A DNA stretch of 32,000 bases from Wallemia ichthyophaga EXF-994 (taxonomy: Eukaryota; Fungi; Basidiomycota). Below the pieces are notes generated by a model that worked only from the letters and a program-made list of their open reading frames with translations, ran no database searches and had not been told where the DNA came from. Below are positions 11,742 through 23,593 of the stretch, piece after piece. The position numbers and the translations under genes are program-made. Each line of letters opens with the position of its first letter. Position 1 is the first letter of the stretch. The stretch is from contig NW_008806282.1 in the NCBI RefSeq assembly GCF_000400465.1, positions 60,001-92,000 of the forward strand, given 5' to 3'.

Positions 11742-13094
11742 CTAGAAATATTTTCCTTTTAAAGCGTAGTTGTTTTTGTTTGGCGTTGTAGATGCCATAG
11801 AAGTGTCATCATGTTCTGGTGTATCTTTCAACATCCACGCTATCTGGGGAGGACTATACGGCGTTGGGGCCACGAGAGACCTTCCACTAGGGATTTGAGA
11901 TGTCAATGATTGTGATGAGGGTATGATTTGAAAATGAACCTGAGGTCTTGGTCAGATTTTTGGCAACGCATTGCAATTCCATATGCATACAGTGTCATTC
12001 AGCTGTTTGTAGGCTTTGAGAAAGGTATCTATAGAACCAAGCTCGATGTCTAATTCATTTTTGCGTTCATCGCGAGCCTTTCGAGTGCTCCTGCTCAATA
12101 TTTTAAGCCTCTCTGACGGACTTGAGGAAACACTCTCGGTGAGTTGCTCAGAAGCAGTCTTAAGCCACGCTATAGCAAAACCAGTATTACCGTTATTTGC
12201 AGCGTCGATACCGAGCCATTTTTTTGCCACTCCGGCATGAAATATATCTCTTCTCTTCATATAAGCTTTGAGATCTGCGGGTAAGTCGACATGCTGAACG
12301 CGCAGAGTGGATTTGATAGAGCTTTTCAGCATGACTCTCGAGGCATTAAACAGAGATGACGTATCTAGGTGCAGTTTGAGCAGAATTTGAGGAGATGGGT
12401 GTGTCTTTGGTATCGGTGGTCCGGGGTTGTGAAGCGTGTAAGCGTGCAGAGGTGACATCAGTTTCCTAATAGCTAGCGATTGTGAGACAGCCAAGCTGAG
12501 CTTAGAAAGACCGCTGTTATACTCTCTATTGAGTATTGGCGTGTCTGCGTCACGAGCACCCTCGTACCTATCGATGGCGGTGTCTGAAATGTATCTAAAC
12601 ACACCAGCTGAAGTGTTGAGAAACCCAATAGCGGTTTGAAGCACATTATCACCTTCTTTTCTGCTGCTTTCTGGTAATGTCGGTATAGAGTCATATGATC
12701 CAATGTTTTCTGCCAAGCCTTGGGCGTGATTAAACAGAGCTAAAGCATACACATGCAATACGTGTATAGTTTCGAATGTGAGGCTGCTTGATGAACTCGA
12801 TTTGCCTTTAGCCGATAGCTGTGAAGGCACAGTCCATACGAAGGACTCGTCGGATATAGCAACAATCGAATCATTAAGAGCTGCTCTTTCAAGTGAAAGG
12901 ACATGAGGCAAATAGTCCAATACGGATGAAACCAATGAAAGATGATCCCTCTTATCTGACTTGAGTGCTGAGTAGATATGCGCACGCTTGGCCGTGGATT
13001 CCGAGGCACGAGAGGAGTAATCTGCAGAAGTTGTAGACGTGAACATTTTACTGAACCAGATTGATTGAGTCGTTGGATATTGTAATCTAATCAT
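11742..13094 (-). CDS. palC: pH-response regulator PalC/Rim23 (Bro1-like domain)
   Basis: The N-terminus MIRLQYPTTQSIWFS resembles the PalC xxxLPTTxxISFS pattern. It has SSLTFETIHVLHVYALAL and, after one intron, NDT|VHFQIIP...IPSGR. It ends in an aromatic di-residue ...KGKYF*, as PalC proteins do. The ORF track start at 13241 is a GTG extension overlapping SMC1. Confidence 0.75.
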
Positions 13095-13116
13095 GATGTG
13101 ATGGGCGTATTGAACA

Positions 13117-13122
13117 ACGCGT
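13117..13122. promoter_or_regulatory. Possible MCB element (ACGCGT) just upstream of SMC1
   Basis: An exact ACGCGT lies in the 48-bp palC/SMC1 gap, and ACGCGCG lies at 13151 in intron 1. Cohesin genes are MBF targets in yeasts. The hexamer also occurs several times inside CDSs here, so the support is weak. Confidence 0.3.
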
Positions 13123-13142
13123 TTCTCACTTACACGTCCAAG

Positions 13143-16100
13143 ATGTAAATACGCGCGATTAGACAAAATACGCAACTGACGCAACACAGGCCACTCGAAT
13201 GGATCGAAGTGTATGACTTTAAATCTTACAAAGGCAGACACAAGATTGGTCCATTCAGCCCTTTCTCGTGCGTTATCGGCTCAAATGGCGGGGTGAGTAT
13301 ACTGCCATTTGGGACAATTCCACACAGTTTACGTGTTTACGCAGGGCAAATCTAATCTCATGGATGCCATCTCTTTCGTCCTCGGCGTGAAATCTGCTCA
13401 TCTCCGTGGTTCGAACATTAGAGATCTCATTTATCGTGGCAGGAGAGTGGGCTTGGAAGACGGCGATCAGGTTGATCAGACTCAGGAAGGTCAGAGCGAT
13501 TACTATTCTGCTCAAAAAGCCTCCGTTTTGGCTCAATACACGAGCACTTCTGGACGCGAACTCAAGTTTGAGAGAACGTGGGTGTGGAATATTATAAAGC
13601 TATTCAGCTTATCTGCTTTCAAGTATAACAATCTCTGGTTCTTCAGAATACAGGCTCAACGGCAGAGCTATCAGTTATGCAGACTACAATCAAGCACTCG
13701 TTAAAGAGAACATCCTCGTAAAGTCAAAGAACTTTCTAGTCTTCCAGGTGTGTGTGGAGATTGCGAGTTATTACACAGCTAATCCTCTATAGGGAGACGT
13801 TGAGGCAGTCGCGACGCAGTCATCTTCGCAGTTGTCGAAACTCATTGATCAAATATCAGGCTCGATAGAGTTCAAAGAGCGTTATGAAGAGACTAGGGGT
13901 GCCCAGGAGCGTGCAAACGAAACATCTGTTGCTCAAGGTTTGAAGAGACGCGTTTTGAATGGTGAAATTAAACAATTTAAGGAGCAAACATCTGAGCTCA
14001 AGCGTTTCGAGGATATGAAGGACAACAGGGTAGGCTTAAGGATTGAGGATCTCTTCGATTAGTTCTCACGTGCAATCCAGAACAACTTGATAATTAGGCT
14101 ACTGTTGATGAAATTATACCACATAGAAGCACAAATAACCACTAATACCGATGCCATCACCTCTAAGCGAGATCATTTGCAAGATCTACAACAACAACAA
14201 GTTAGTCACTGTACTATATCAGCACCCGCACTAACGCCATTCTCTAGGATGGAGCCAAAAGAGAGCTTAAAAGAGCTTCAAAAGAAAAAGCGGAAGCTCA
14301 CAATAAGACAATCAAATGCGAAAACACCATCAAATCTAGCCAGCGTGACATCGATAACAAGGTAGGTGAGAAAATGCCAAAGTTGCACAATCCGCTGACG
14401 CAAGAGTTAATTAGACTCCAAACATTGTTGCCCTTGATGCTCGAATCAGTCATGCTCGTACAAAGCTTAGAACATCAGAAACAAATGCCTCCCGTCTCCA
14501 AGCTGAAGTAGAAGAATTGCAGGAGTGTGTAAATAGGTACAAGGTAGATGTGGATAAGATTGAAAAGGCTGCCGGTCGTGCACAAGCCGAAGCTAGAAAA
14601 CTAAGCGAACAGCGCGGTGTTAATTTATCTGATGAGGATTTGAATGAGTACAGGCAGCTGAAATTGCAGGCAATGTCACTCGCACCAGAAGCTCGTCAGC
14701 AAGTTGAGGAGCTTGGACGTAATGAAAAAACGTCAAAGTCTTCGTTGAATGCAGCCAAATCACGTCTCAGTGAAGCCGAAGCTAAGCATGAGAAACTAAA
14801 GCTTGATGAACGCCGAAATGCTGCTAATGTGGAAGATACTCGAGATGGATTTCAGACTGCTCAAAGCAATTTGCAAGAAGCCAAGCAAAGGTATGACAAT
14901 TTACTTAATGAGAGGAACAAGATTGGTCAACTCGAAACTGAAAAGAATGAAAAGTTGCACGCACTTCTCGGTCAACTTTCCAGCGCTAGCCACGATCTCA
15001 GACAGACAGAACGCGATAACAAATTCAAAGACGTACTCATGACCCTGAAAAGGATGTTTCCAGGTGTTAGAGGAAAATTGGTAGATTTATGTCAACCAAC
15101 TCAGTCAAAATACTCCACGGCTGTTGTGACGGCATTAGGAAGGAACGTAGAATCAATAGTTGTTGACGATGAAGCTACCGCTATTCAATGTATCGAGTAC
15201 ATGAAGGCTCAAAGAGTTGGAAGCGCTACATACCTTCCACTAGACTCTCTTCAAGTCAAGCCAGTACAAGAGCGACTCAGAACTTTGTCATCTGGGGCGA
15301 GATTGACAGTGGACGTCTTGAAGTATGACAACATTTACGAGAAGGCTGTTCATTTTGCAGCAGGTAGCTCTCTCATTTGCGACGATATGACCATTGCGAG
15401 AGATTTGGTTTACGACAAACATCAAGATGTTAAGGCAGTCACCCTGGATGGCACGATTATTCATAGGTCAGGTCTGATAACAGGTGGTCAGGGCGCTAGA
15501 GATTCTGGTAAACGGTTTGACCAAGCTCAATACGACCAAATGATGCGCAGGAGAGATGAACTTGTAATCCAGCTGAAGGCATTGAGGAATAAGCGTCCTC
15601 AGCCTAAAGTGGACGAGGAACTTGTGCAGAACGTCAGGAAATGTGAAAATGATGAGCACAACTCTAAAGACAGCTTTGATGGAGGTGTTAGTCGTTTAGA
15701 TGGTACTCAAAAGGAATTAAAAGTTGCTGAACTCAATCATTCAGAAAAGTCAATGGAGTTGGACACTATGCGTTCTTCATACGATGCACTCAAACGTGAA
15801 CTGGATGATGTACTCGCTATAGTCCATAGAGCTGAAGATGGAGTGTTTGAGCCGTTCTGTGCAAGAATTGGAATAGAGAACATTCGTGAATACGAAGACC
15901 GAGAAGGTCGTGTGGCCGCTGCAGAAAGCGAGGCTAGAGTAAAATTCGAAACGCAAATAGCCAAGCTCAACAATCTGCTCCGCTTTGAAGAAGAACAGCT
16001 CAAGACGTCTAGCACGCGTCTTGAACGTCTTCAAAATAAGCTGGATAGTGATAGGCAGAATCTTGCGACATTTGAAAGTGAGAAGAGATCGCTCCAAGAG

Positions 16101-17286
16101 ATAGTAGATGAGATCAAAAACACAATCGCCACAAATGAAGCTCTTCTCAATGAACTGAGAGAGAGTGAGCAGAGTATTGCAGAAAACGTTGACAGTGTCA
16201 GGCGTAACTCACATAAGGCAGAGCGCCAATATGACGGTGCTTTTAAAGACATTGCAAACAATGTTAGTCTTTTCATTATTCGGGAATGCATTCACTAACT
16301 TTCTCTAGAACGACAACATTAGGATGCTGGCAAGTGAACGGTTCTCCATCTACCGTAAATGTAAAGTAGACGAATTGCCACTGGATCTTGTCGCTGGTAG
16401 CTTGGATGATGTACCATTGGATGCTGACTTGAAGGAGATTGAGCCAATGGATGTCGACGATGACGAAGATGCTACGCAGCGTGCAGTCCAGATCGAAGAC
16501 TATGGCATCGAAGTCAATTTCGATGGTGTAGAGGACGAGGACGAATTGACAGAGGAAGCTGAGTTAAAGTACCAACAAGAAATTGCTCAGATGAGTGAGG
16601 AAATTGATAGAATGGCTCCCAACCTCAAAGCCAGTGATCGGTGAGAAATTTAAATATCCATATCACGCATTGACTGACACTAAGATAGTTTATCTGATAT
16701 GAAAAAGAGGCTAAGTGAAACTGAGAAAGTATTTGAACATGCTCGAAAAGAAACAAAGCAAGCTAGAGATGCATACCAAGACGCGAAAGCTTCCCGACAA
16801 GAGTTATTCATGCAGGCTTTCGATCATCTAAGCAGTAGTATAGATGTCGTCTACAAGGAATTGACCACTTCGCGTGCCAATCCAACTGGTGGTACTGCAT
16901 ATTTGTCGCTAGAAGATGAAGACGAACCATATAATGCTGGTTTGAAGTATCATGCGATGCCACCAGGCAAACCATTTAGAGATATGTACCAGCTATCCGG
17001 TGGTGAGAAGACAATTGCAGCAATGGCTCTGCTTTTCGCCATACAGACGTACAAACCGTCTCCGTTCTTTGTTCTTGACGAGGTTGACTCTGCGCTAGAC
17101 AATCAAAACGCCGCCCAAATAGCCAAGTATCTCCGAAACCATCTGCGAGAATCACAGTATATTTTCATTACACACTCTTCTAGAGTGTATGAGAGAGCTG
17201 ATGCTTTGGTTGGTGTGTTTAGGAATGGTGACATCAATTCTAGTCAAGTTCTCACCCTTGATCTTACTCAGTACGATGAGCCTTAA
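13143..17286 (+). CDS. SMC1: Cohesin subunit SMC1 (multi-exon)
   Basis: MPLEWIEVYDFKSYKG...IGSNGG|GKSNLMDAISFVLG (Walker A), coiled coils, hinge (GVRGKLVDLC...ALGRNVESIVVD...VTLDGTIIHRSGLITGG), signature LSGGEKT and Walker B FFVLDEVDSALD. The MPPGKPFRDM motif matches SMC1. Confidence 0.96.
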
Positions 17287-18228
17287 ACCTCCTGGTTTAC
17301 CTGTACTTTAAGTCTTTAACTGAATGTATTTGTTATTATTTCTAATTGGCAATTAGTAGTTCAGGACTTTTTGAAGTAGAATTCTTTGTTTAAGGCTGAC
17401 ATTTTCGAAGTTGCGGAGGAAGGTGATTACCTCCCCAGTTTACACCCATTGATATGCGCCAAGTTAATGAGAAGCATGTACATTAAAATCATTTTCAAAG
17501 GTATACAGCTGTGACATATTCACTGAAACGTGATGTAAAATACTTGTGCCTCACTGGCATGAAGTTTTGCATATTTTGTCGTATTCCTGAGACCCTGAAG
17601 AGGACACACGGGACGTCGATACATAGACAACAAGCTTGTTGATGCCTTTACCTAGGTGAGACAGATTTCGAACGTCATCAGCGGAGTCATCATCATCTTC
17701 AAATCGGAATGAGTCAAATTTGAAGCAACCGACAGCGAGCTATTTAAGCTTAACGTGACCGTCAGTAGTATTCTTTCTTATCTAAAATGATGCTCTCTGA
17801 AAGGCTTACACCAACATATGTCGAGAGCTAATCTTCCGAGCCTGTTTGAAGTTAAAGAGTGATTTCGATGTAATAAGTTACGAATTTATAATAAATGATC
17901 ATATGTATAAGCTCAATTGAGAGATTGGAAGAGTTCAAGTATGGCTTCGGTTGTTTCGGAAGAGGTGAAAGCTGGTAAATAGATACACAGAGCCTTAAAT
18001 AATTAGAGCATAGTGTTTGTAATATCCTACCTAAAGATAATTGCGCTTATCAAGTGGCTGCGAGACAATTGATATGCTCTCAAGTCGAGAAAGATCACAA
18101 GGAACAAATCGGAGGAGTTAGAGTATTTAAATAAGCAGCTACAACACTAGGATATTGTTTTACAAATTTTATTCGATGGAAGGCTGATATCATTGAAGAA
18201 GACGCTGTTAAAGTCAACGACGTCAAAG

Positions 18229-18616
18229 ATGGACGAAGCAACGCAAGTGAGTGGCTGTAAAATTCGCAGCGAAATATCTCATATGAAACAGCGCGAACTG
18301 AATACTTTCGTTGAACAAGAACAAGCCAAGGCCAAGTTGCAATCTTCTACACACACATTTACGGAAATGTGCTGGAACAAGTGAGCGAGTGGGGCATCTC
18401 CTATAAATACTAACAGTCACAAAGGTGCATTACTGGCTCAATTAGTTCCCGCTTCTCAAAGTCTGAGGAGTCTTGTTTGGTGAACTGCGTTGACCGATTC
18501 CTGTGAGTGATGATCTTCTCTTGATACTCATCTAAATCTGAATATTATACAGTGACACATCATTACACATTGTTAAAGCATTGGACCACCAAAGGCAACA
18601 AATGCAACCTCAATAG
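18229..18616 (+). CDS. TIM8: Mitochondrial IMS small Tim chaperone Tim8 (3 introns)
   Basis: Spliced: MDEATQRELNTFVEQEQAKAKLQSSTHTFTEMCWNKCITGSISSRFSKSEESCLVNCVDRFLDTSLHIVKALDHQRQQMQPQ*. It has the twin CX3C motif, and all donors are GTGAG(T/C). Confidence 0.92.
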
Positions 18617-18695
18617 ATTCCTATACATGACCTACGCCATTAATAAGAACTGTTCTTTATTAGTTGAGTACAGCTAGAATTACATTAAGAAAGAC

Positions 18696-21129
18696 CTAAA
18701 ATGGTTGAGGAAAGTTATTTGAATGGTTGCGCGTGAAAGAAAACTGTTGGAGCATTTTCAACATCCCCTTATCACCATCTCCGCCGAAACCGTCCTCCAA
18801 ATTGTTTTGTTCTCCTTCATATTCGTACACCTCTCCTAAGCCAAACTCAGGCGATTTTATACCTCCATTACGCCTAGACGATGGCATGACTGAGTCAGAC
18901 ATTTTCTGCACAAAGACTGATCCTGCCTGGTCGCTCGGAATCCACTTGGGATTTGCAGCTTTGAAATTCATCACACTCTTCTCCAATTTTCCATCCTGGC
19001 TCATTAGTTTCACATTTTGAGCATCTTTAGGTGCACCAAACTAGATACCATGTTAGTGGTATCTTAGATTGTACACAAACAAGCCTACCTTTGTGTTACC
19101 GTGTCTGACGAAATCAAAGTGTGCAAAAGAGCAGATATAACCAAGCTGATCAACCTTGACAGTCGACTGAGACACAAAGTCAATGATCGCTGGTGAGGAT
19201 TTTGGTAAAGAGTAGTAGAGAATAAGAGGCGTAAAAACGACTGAAAGAATCTCTTGAAGGAAGATAACTATTTTGAGCTCAAATAGCTTTGAAAATTCCC
19301 TATGAATGCTCTTTGAGTGCATTTGACTTTGCCATTCTTGGGGCAGATGGTGAGTATAAGCGCATGCCCTCCTCAAAAGTCTTTCGGGGTCATTAACTTC
19401 ATTCTCTACTGGTACCATTCCACGAGCAATAGCGAGAATTGTCCCAAACAATCCAATGTAGAATACAGTCGTGCGCTGTGGAGATATCTCAAAATGCAAA
19501 AACATGTCTTAGAAGGAATTAGCAGGGCATGTCTTCAAAAATAGTCTGCATACCTGGATCTATAACAGATGCGAGTATTAGAACAGCGGCAAATGAACCA
19601 GCCACAAAGGCTACAAAGCGCGCCACGATTGCTGCCTTTTCGTTGGGAAATTGCACAATGTATTTTTGGGCATCGTCGTAGGACATATTGAGACGCTTCT
19701 GAAAAATATGTTGAAGCTCGTTAAACTCTCTAAACTTCCACCTTGCAAGCTCGGTGTAATTTCTAGAGCCTATTGAAGATGGATTCTTGTGATACTCCTC
19801 GAAATACCTAAAGAACGAGTAGAAGAGTAGAAATATGACTAAAAATGGAGCAAGAAGAGCGTTTATGAACGCCAAAACTGTAAAGCGCTTCTTCAATCTA
19901 AAATGTGTTAGTCATCTGGTTAGTAAAAACAGTCACACTAACTCTTGGACATTGCGACCACGTGCTGAAGATTGGAGTATTTCAGGCTTAACTTGACCTT
20001 TCTCGTCAAAGACGTGTCCAAGCAACGCAAATGAGAGATTCCACTCTAACGCCTTTGTCAAGCCATTTGACGTTGCGAAACTGAGCATCTTGTTAATAAT
20101 TCGGTTTTGGATGGGTATATTGATATTCAAGAGGTCCTTGTTGAATAGCGCAATGAGATAATTCTCCTGTCGCATGATTCTGTTTGCGACATCAAGCACA
20201 TCAAGCTGTGCAACCGGATTATGAGAAACATCCACACTCGATAACGCAGTCAAAGGGTTGGACTGCCTAATATGAGAGATCCGCGACACGATTTCCTCCC
20301 ACGATATAGTCTGAACATCACTCTGGAGGTGAGTTAGCGATGCTATCAAGGGAGCCAAACGAAAGACTTACATCAGGAATATGCAGGACGTGTGTGTAGA
20401 ACTTGTACATGTCGACAAGAGCTCGCATTGACAGCACGAATGTTAGTACCTGGTATACATAAAAGGTACCAAACGCAAGCAGCCATATCCAAGTTAAGAA
20501 AGGGAACCTATCGAATTGTTAGTAAGCAATGTATCGAGATACTAACTTACCTGGAAACGCAATGAGGAATTACTATATCAGACAGATTGCCGTTGTGTGT
20601 AATAGCAGAATAGTCGATACAGCCCAAGAGGAAGGTAGAGAAGATGAAAACAAAACCAACGGTAGCGAGGTTGAGAGCTCTCGTAAGAATGATGCAGTAA
20701 ATACCCTTATTTGTGTAATATCCATATGCCTGCGAGAGGATTACGTCAATAAGATAGTGGATGAGGATATCTACGCACGTCTTGAAGGAATTTGTCAAGA
20801 TTCTGGACATTAACCCATTTCCACATAGCGAGTTGATGTGCACTCATGCTCCTGCTACTAGGCTGGTAGCTGCTGTTGCGTTGTTGCTGTGGTAAGGGGA
20901 TTGATGGTTCCGTGTGGGTGTACTTGATGGGGATATCTCTACGATCATCTAGGCTAGTACGCTGATCACCTTCAACGAGGATACTGGGCGGTGGGCCATC
21001 ATCTTCATCTGTATGGCGTGGATTGAGCTCGACGGTCTCGTGGATATCCTGCTCGTCGTCTTCAAGTGGAGCGTAAGTACTCCTTCGCGAATTCATCAGC
21101 ATATTTAATATCGGGGTACTGATATCCAT
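18696..21129 (-). CDS. ATG9: Autophagy lipid scramblase Atg9 (multi-exon)
   Basis: MWKWVNVQNLDKFLQD|AYGYYTNKGIYCIIL, LDVLDVANRIMRQENYLIALFNK, LARWKFREFNELQHIFQKRL, IVARFVAFVAGSFAAVL, and IIDFVSQSTVKVDQLGYICSFAHFDF. The start could be a slightly later Met. Confidence 0.94.
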
Positions 21130-21204
21130 CTGTTATTTTATTGGTGGTTGTTATGATTAAACCCGAGAGATAAGATGGCGGCCTCTTAATCATATACGTC
21201 CATC

Positions 21205-23505
21205 ATGTCAGTTCATTAGTTGTTATTTTCTCCGCTAACAGCCCAGCAGGTCTCGTGTCATCGTTAAGGGATTACCGTCAACGGCTGATAACAGTGCGCT
21301 GAGAACTCACTTCGGCAGCAGAGGTGCGACTATCACAGACGCTAAGGTGGTTTTTAAGAAGGGCAGCGGGGTGGGCACGAGCAGACAATTAGGGAAATCC
21401 AGGGGTTTTGGTTTCGTAGGATTTAAAACGCCAGAAGAAGCCCACGAAGCTTTGCAATTCTTCAACAATACATACTGGGGCACATCGAAGCTCGAAGTTG
21501 AACTTATTAGTGACAATAAGAGTATTCAAGAGCAGCTTCTTGACGGTAAAGAGACTAGAGCGAAGCGTAGAAGGAAGGAAGGAAACGAAGGTAAGGAGGA
21601 GTCAGACAGTGAGGATGAATCAAACAAGAGAATAAAGACACTTAAGCCTGTACATCTCAAGGCTATCGAGATGCAGAAAGCAAAGAACAATACTGGCAAT
21701 GTGGATCAAGGCCAAGTTGAGGACGTAGAGAAGGATGTAAATACAGAAATGTCTGATCTGGATTACATGCGCGCTAGAATGAAAAGGCGTCATATTCCCG
21801 AAGAGCTCGACGACCCAAGCAATAGAGTCCCCGAACACCCACCACAGCCACAGGAAACACCAGAACAAGCTGAAGCTCGTAAGCAAGCAGAGGTTATCGA
21901 TCAGGTTATGGAAACAGCTCGTATTTTCCTTCGTAATTTGCCATTCAGCTGCACTGAGGAGGACCTCAAGACGGAGTTCTCCAAGTTTGGCGTTGTAAAC
22001 CAAGCTCATATACCGCTTAGTAATGATACAAAGACTCCCATTGGTATGGCTTACATCTCATTTGCATCTCCAAATTCTGCAGTTGCTGCTTTTAAGGCGT
22101 CGGACGGATCAATTTTCCAGGGAAGACTACTTCACGTCCTTCCTGCAGTTAACAAGCGTGCACCTCAGGATCAATCAAATGCAAGCTTTAAAAAGATTCG
22201 TAATAAGGATAGAAAAGAGGGCGCTGAGAGCAGAGATTTCAGTTGGTCTGGTTTATATATGAATGTAGGTAGCAAGTGTGAGGCGATTCAAGTACACTAA
22301 CACACTTTGCGTAGGCTGATGCAGTTGTCAGCTCTCTTGCATCAAGATTGAAAATAGATAAATCTGAGATACTCAGCTCAGAATCCTCTTCTAATCCAGC
22401 AGTCAAGGTTGCTTTGGCAGAGACACACATTATTAACGAAACAAAAGGATTTTTGAAAGATCAGGGGGTGAATTTAGATGCATTCTCTCCCGAAAACAAA
22501 GGACCTAGACTTGAGAATACAATCCTAGTGAAAAACATTCCATTTGGGACGAGTGTCGATGACCTTGATGCAATTTTCAGACCATTTGGAGAAATAGGCA
22601 GGCTGCTTTTACCACCAGCTGGTACGATTGCAGTAGTTGAATTCACATTACCTCAAGATGCTCGCACAGCGTTTAAGAAGCTAGCGTACAAGAGATTGGG
22701 CAACTCCGTCCTGTATCTCGAAAAGGCGCCAGACGGAATATGGAGTAAAGAGCAACCATCTTCAGAGGCTATCGCTGGTGGACCTAAACCAGTCGAAGTG
22801 AAGGAGAATGAAGCATCCAATGAGGATGGAGGAGAAGCAGCCAGCACGCTCTTTATTAAGAACATTGCATTCAGCAGCACCGAATCTAAGCTTGCTTCCA
22901 TATTCTCCTCCATTTCTGGATATAGATACGCAAGAATACAAACTAAACCTGATCCTAAGAAGCCTAGCAACCGACTAAGCATGGGATATGGTTTTGTTGG
23001 ATTTGATAATGAAGAGCACGCAAAGCATGCCCTTTCAACGATGCAGAACTACGTTTTAGATGGGCATTCACTGCAAGTTAAATTCGCACAACGTGGCAAA
23101 GAGTTAGACTCTACAAACACCACTTCGATGGGTCAATCGAAGACGACAAAGATGATTGTCAAGAATGTTCCGTTCGAAGCAACGAAGAAGGATGTCAGAG
23201 AGCTGTTCGGTATGCATGGTCAGCTCAAATCTGTCAGAGTGCCGCGCAAATTCGACAGAAAGACGCGCGGTTTTGCCTTTTTGGACTTTGTTACAAGGAG
23301 GGATGCGGAGATCGCTTACGAGAGTCTAAGACATACACATTTGTTGGGGCGTCACTTAGTTCTTCAATGGGCTGATGATGAGGCCGCGAATGACATTGAT
23401 GCTCTCAGGGAGAAGACTGCGTCGTCGAGGTCGACCAATATGCCAACGAACAAGACCAAGTTTGTTGGACCGGAGGATTTGGCGTTGGAGGATACTAGCG
23501 ACTAG
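21205..23505 (+). CDS. MRD1: Multiple-RRM ribosome biogenesis protein Mrd1 (5 RRMs)
   Basis: AT(21205-6)|intron 21207-21249|G TCT CGT gives MSRVIVKGLP, the typical Mrd1 start. RRMs begin at RVIVKGLP, RIFLRNLPF, TILVKNIPF, TLFIKNIAF and KMIVKNVPF. The second intron is 22265-22314. Confidence 0.93.
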
Positions 23506-23593
23506 AATTGTGAGATTAGTGCATGAATAGATATTTATTGTTATATAACTTTAAGTTATTTGTCTCTTTCTCACCACCACCGATAAGCTATCG

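Noticed and set aside
13095-13241. N-terminal extension of PalC given by the ORF track (GTG start at 13241)
   Set aside because: It overlaps SMC1 exon 2 antisense, and the PalC-like N-terminus begins at ATG 13094.
17415-17620. Faint U1-like (GAAGGTGATTACCTCCCCAG...CCATTG) and box C/D-like (GTGATG...CTGA) motifs
   Set aside because: There is no U1 5' end or Sm site and no guide-rRNA complementarity I could verify. The motifs are short enough to be chance.
20545-20555. ACTTACCTGG resembling the U1 snRNA 5' end
   Set aside because: It is just the reverse complement of an ATG9 splice donor (CCAG|GTAAGT), and no U1 body follows.
21172-21182. AAGATGGCGGC, the metazoan YY1 consensus, in a bidirectional gap
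   Set aside because: It is a single occurrence, and I have no evidence for a YY1-type factor in this fungus. It is probably coincidental.
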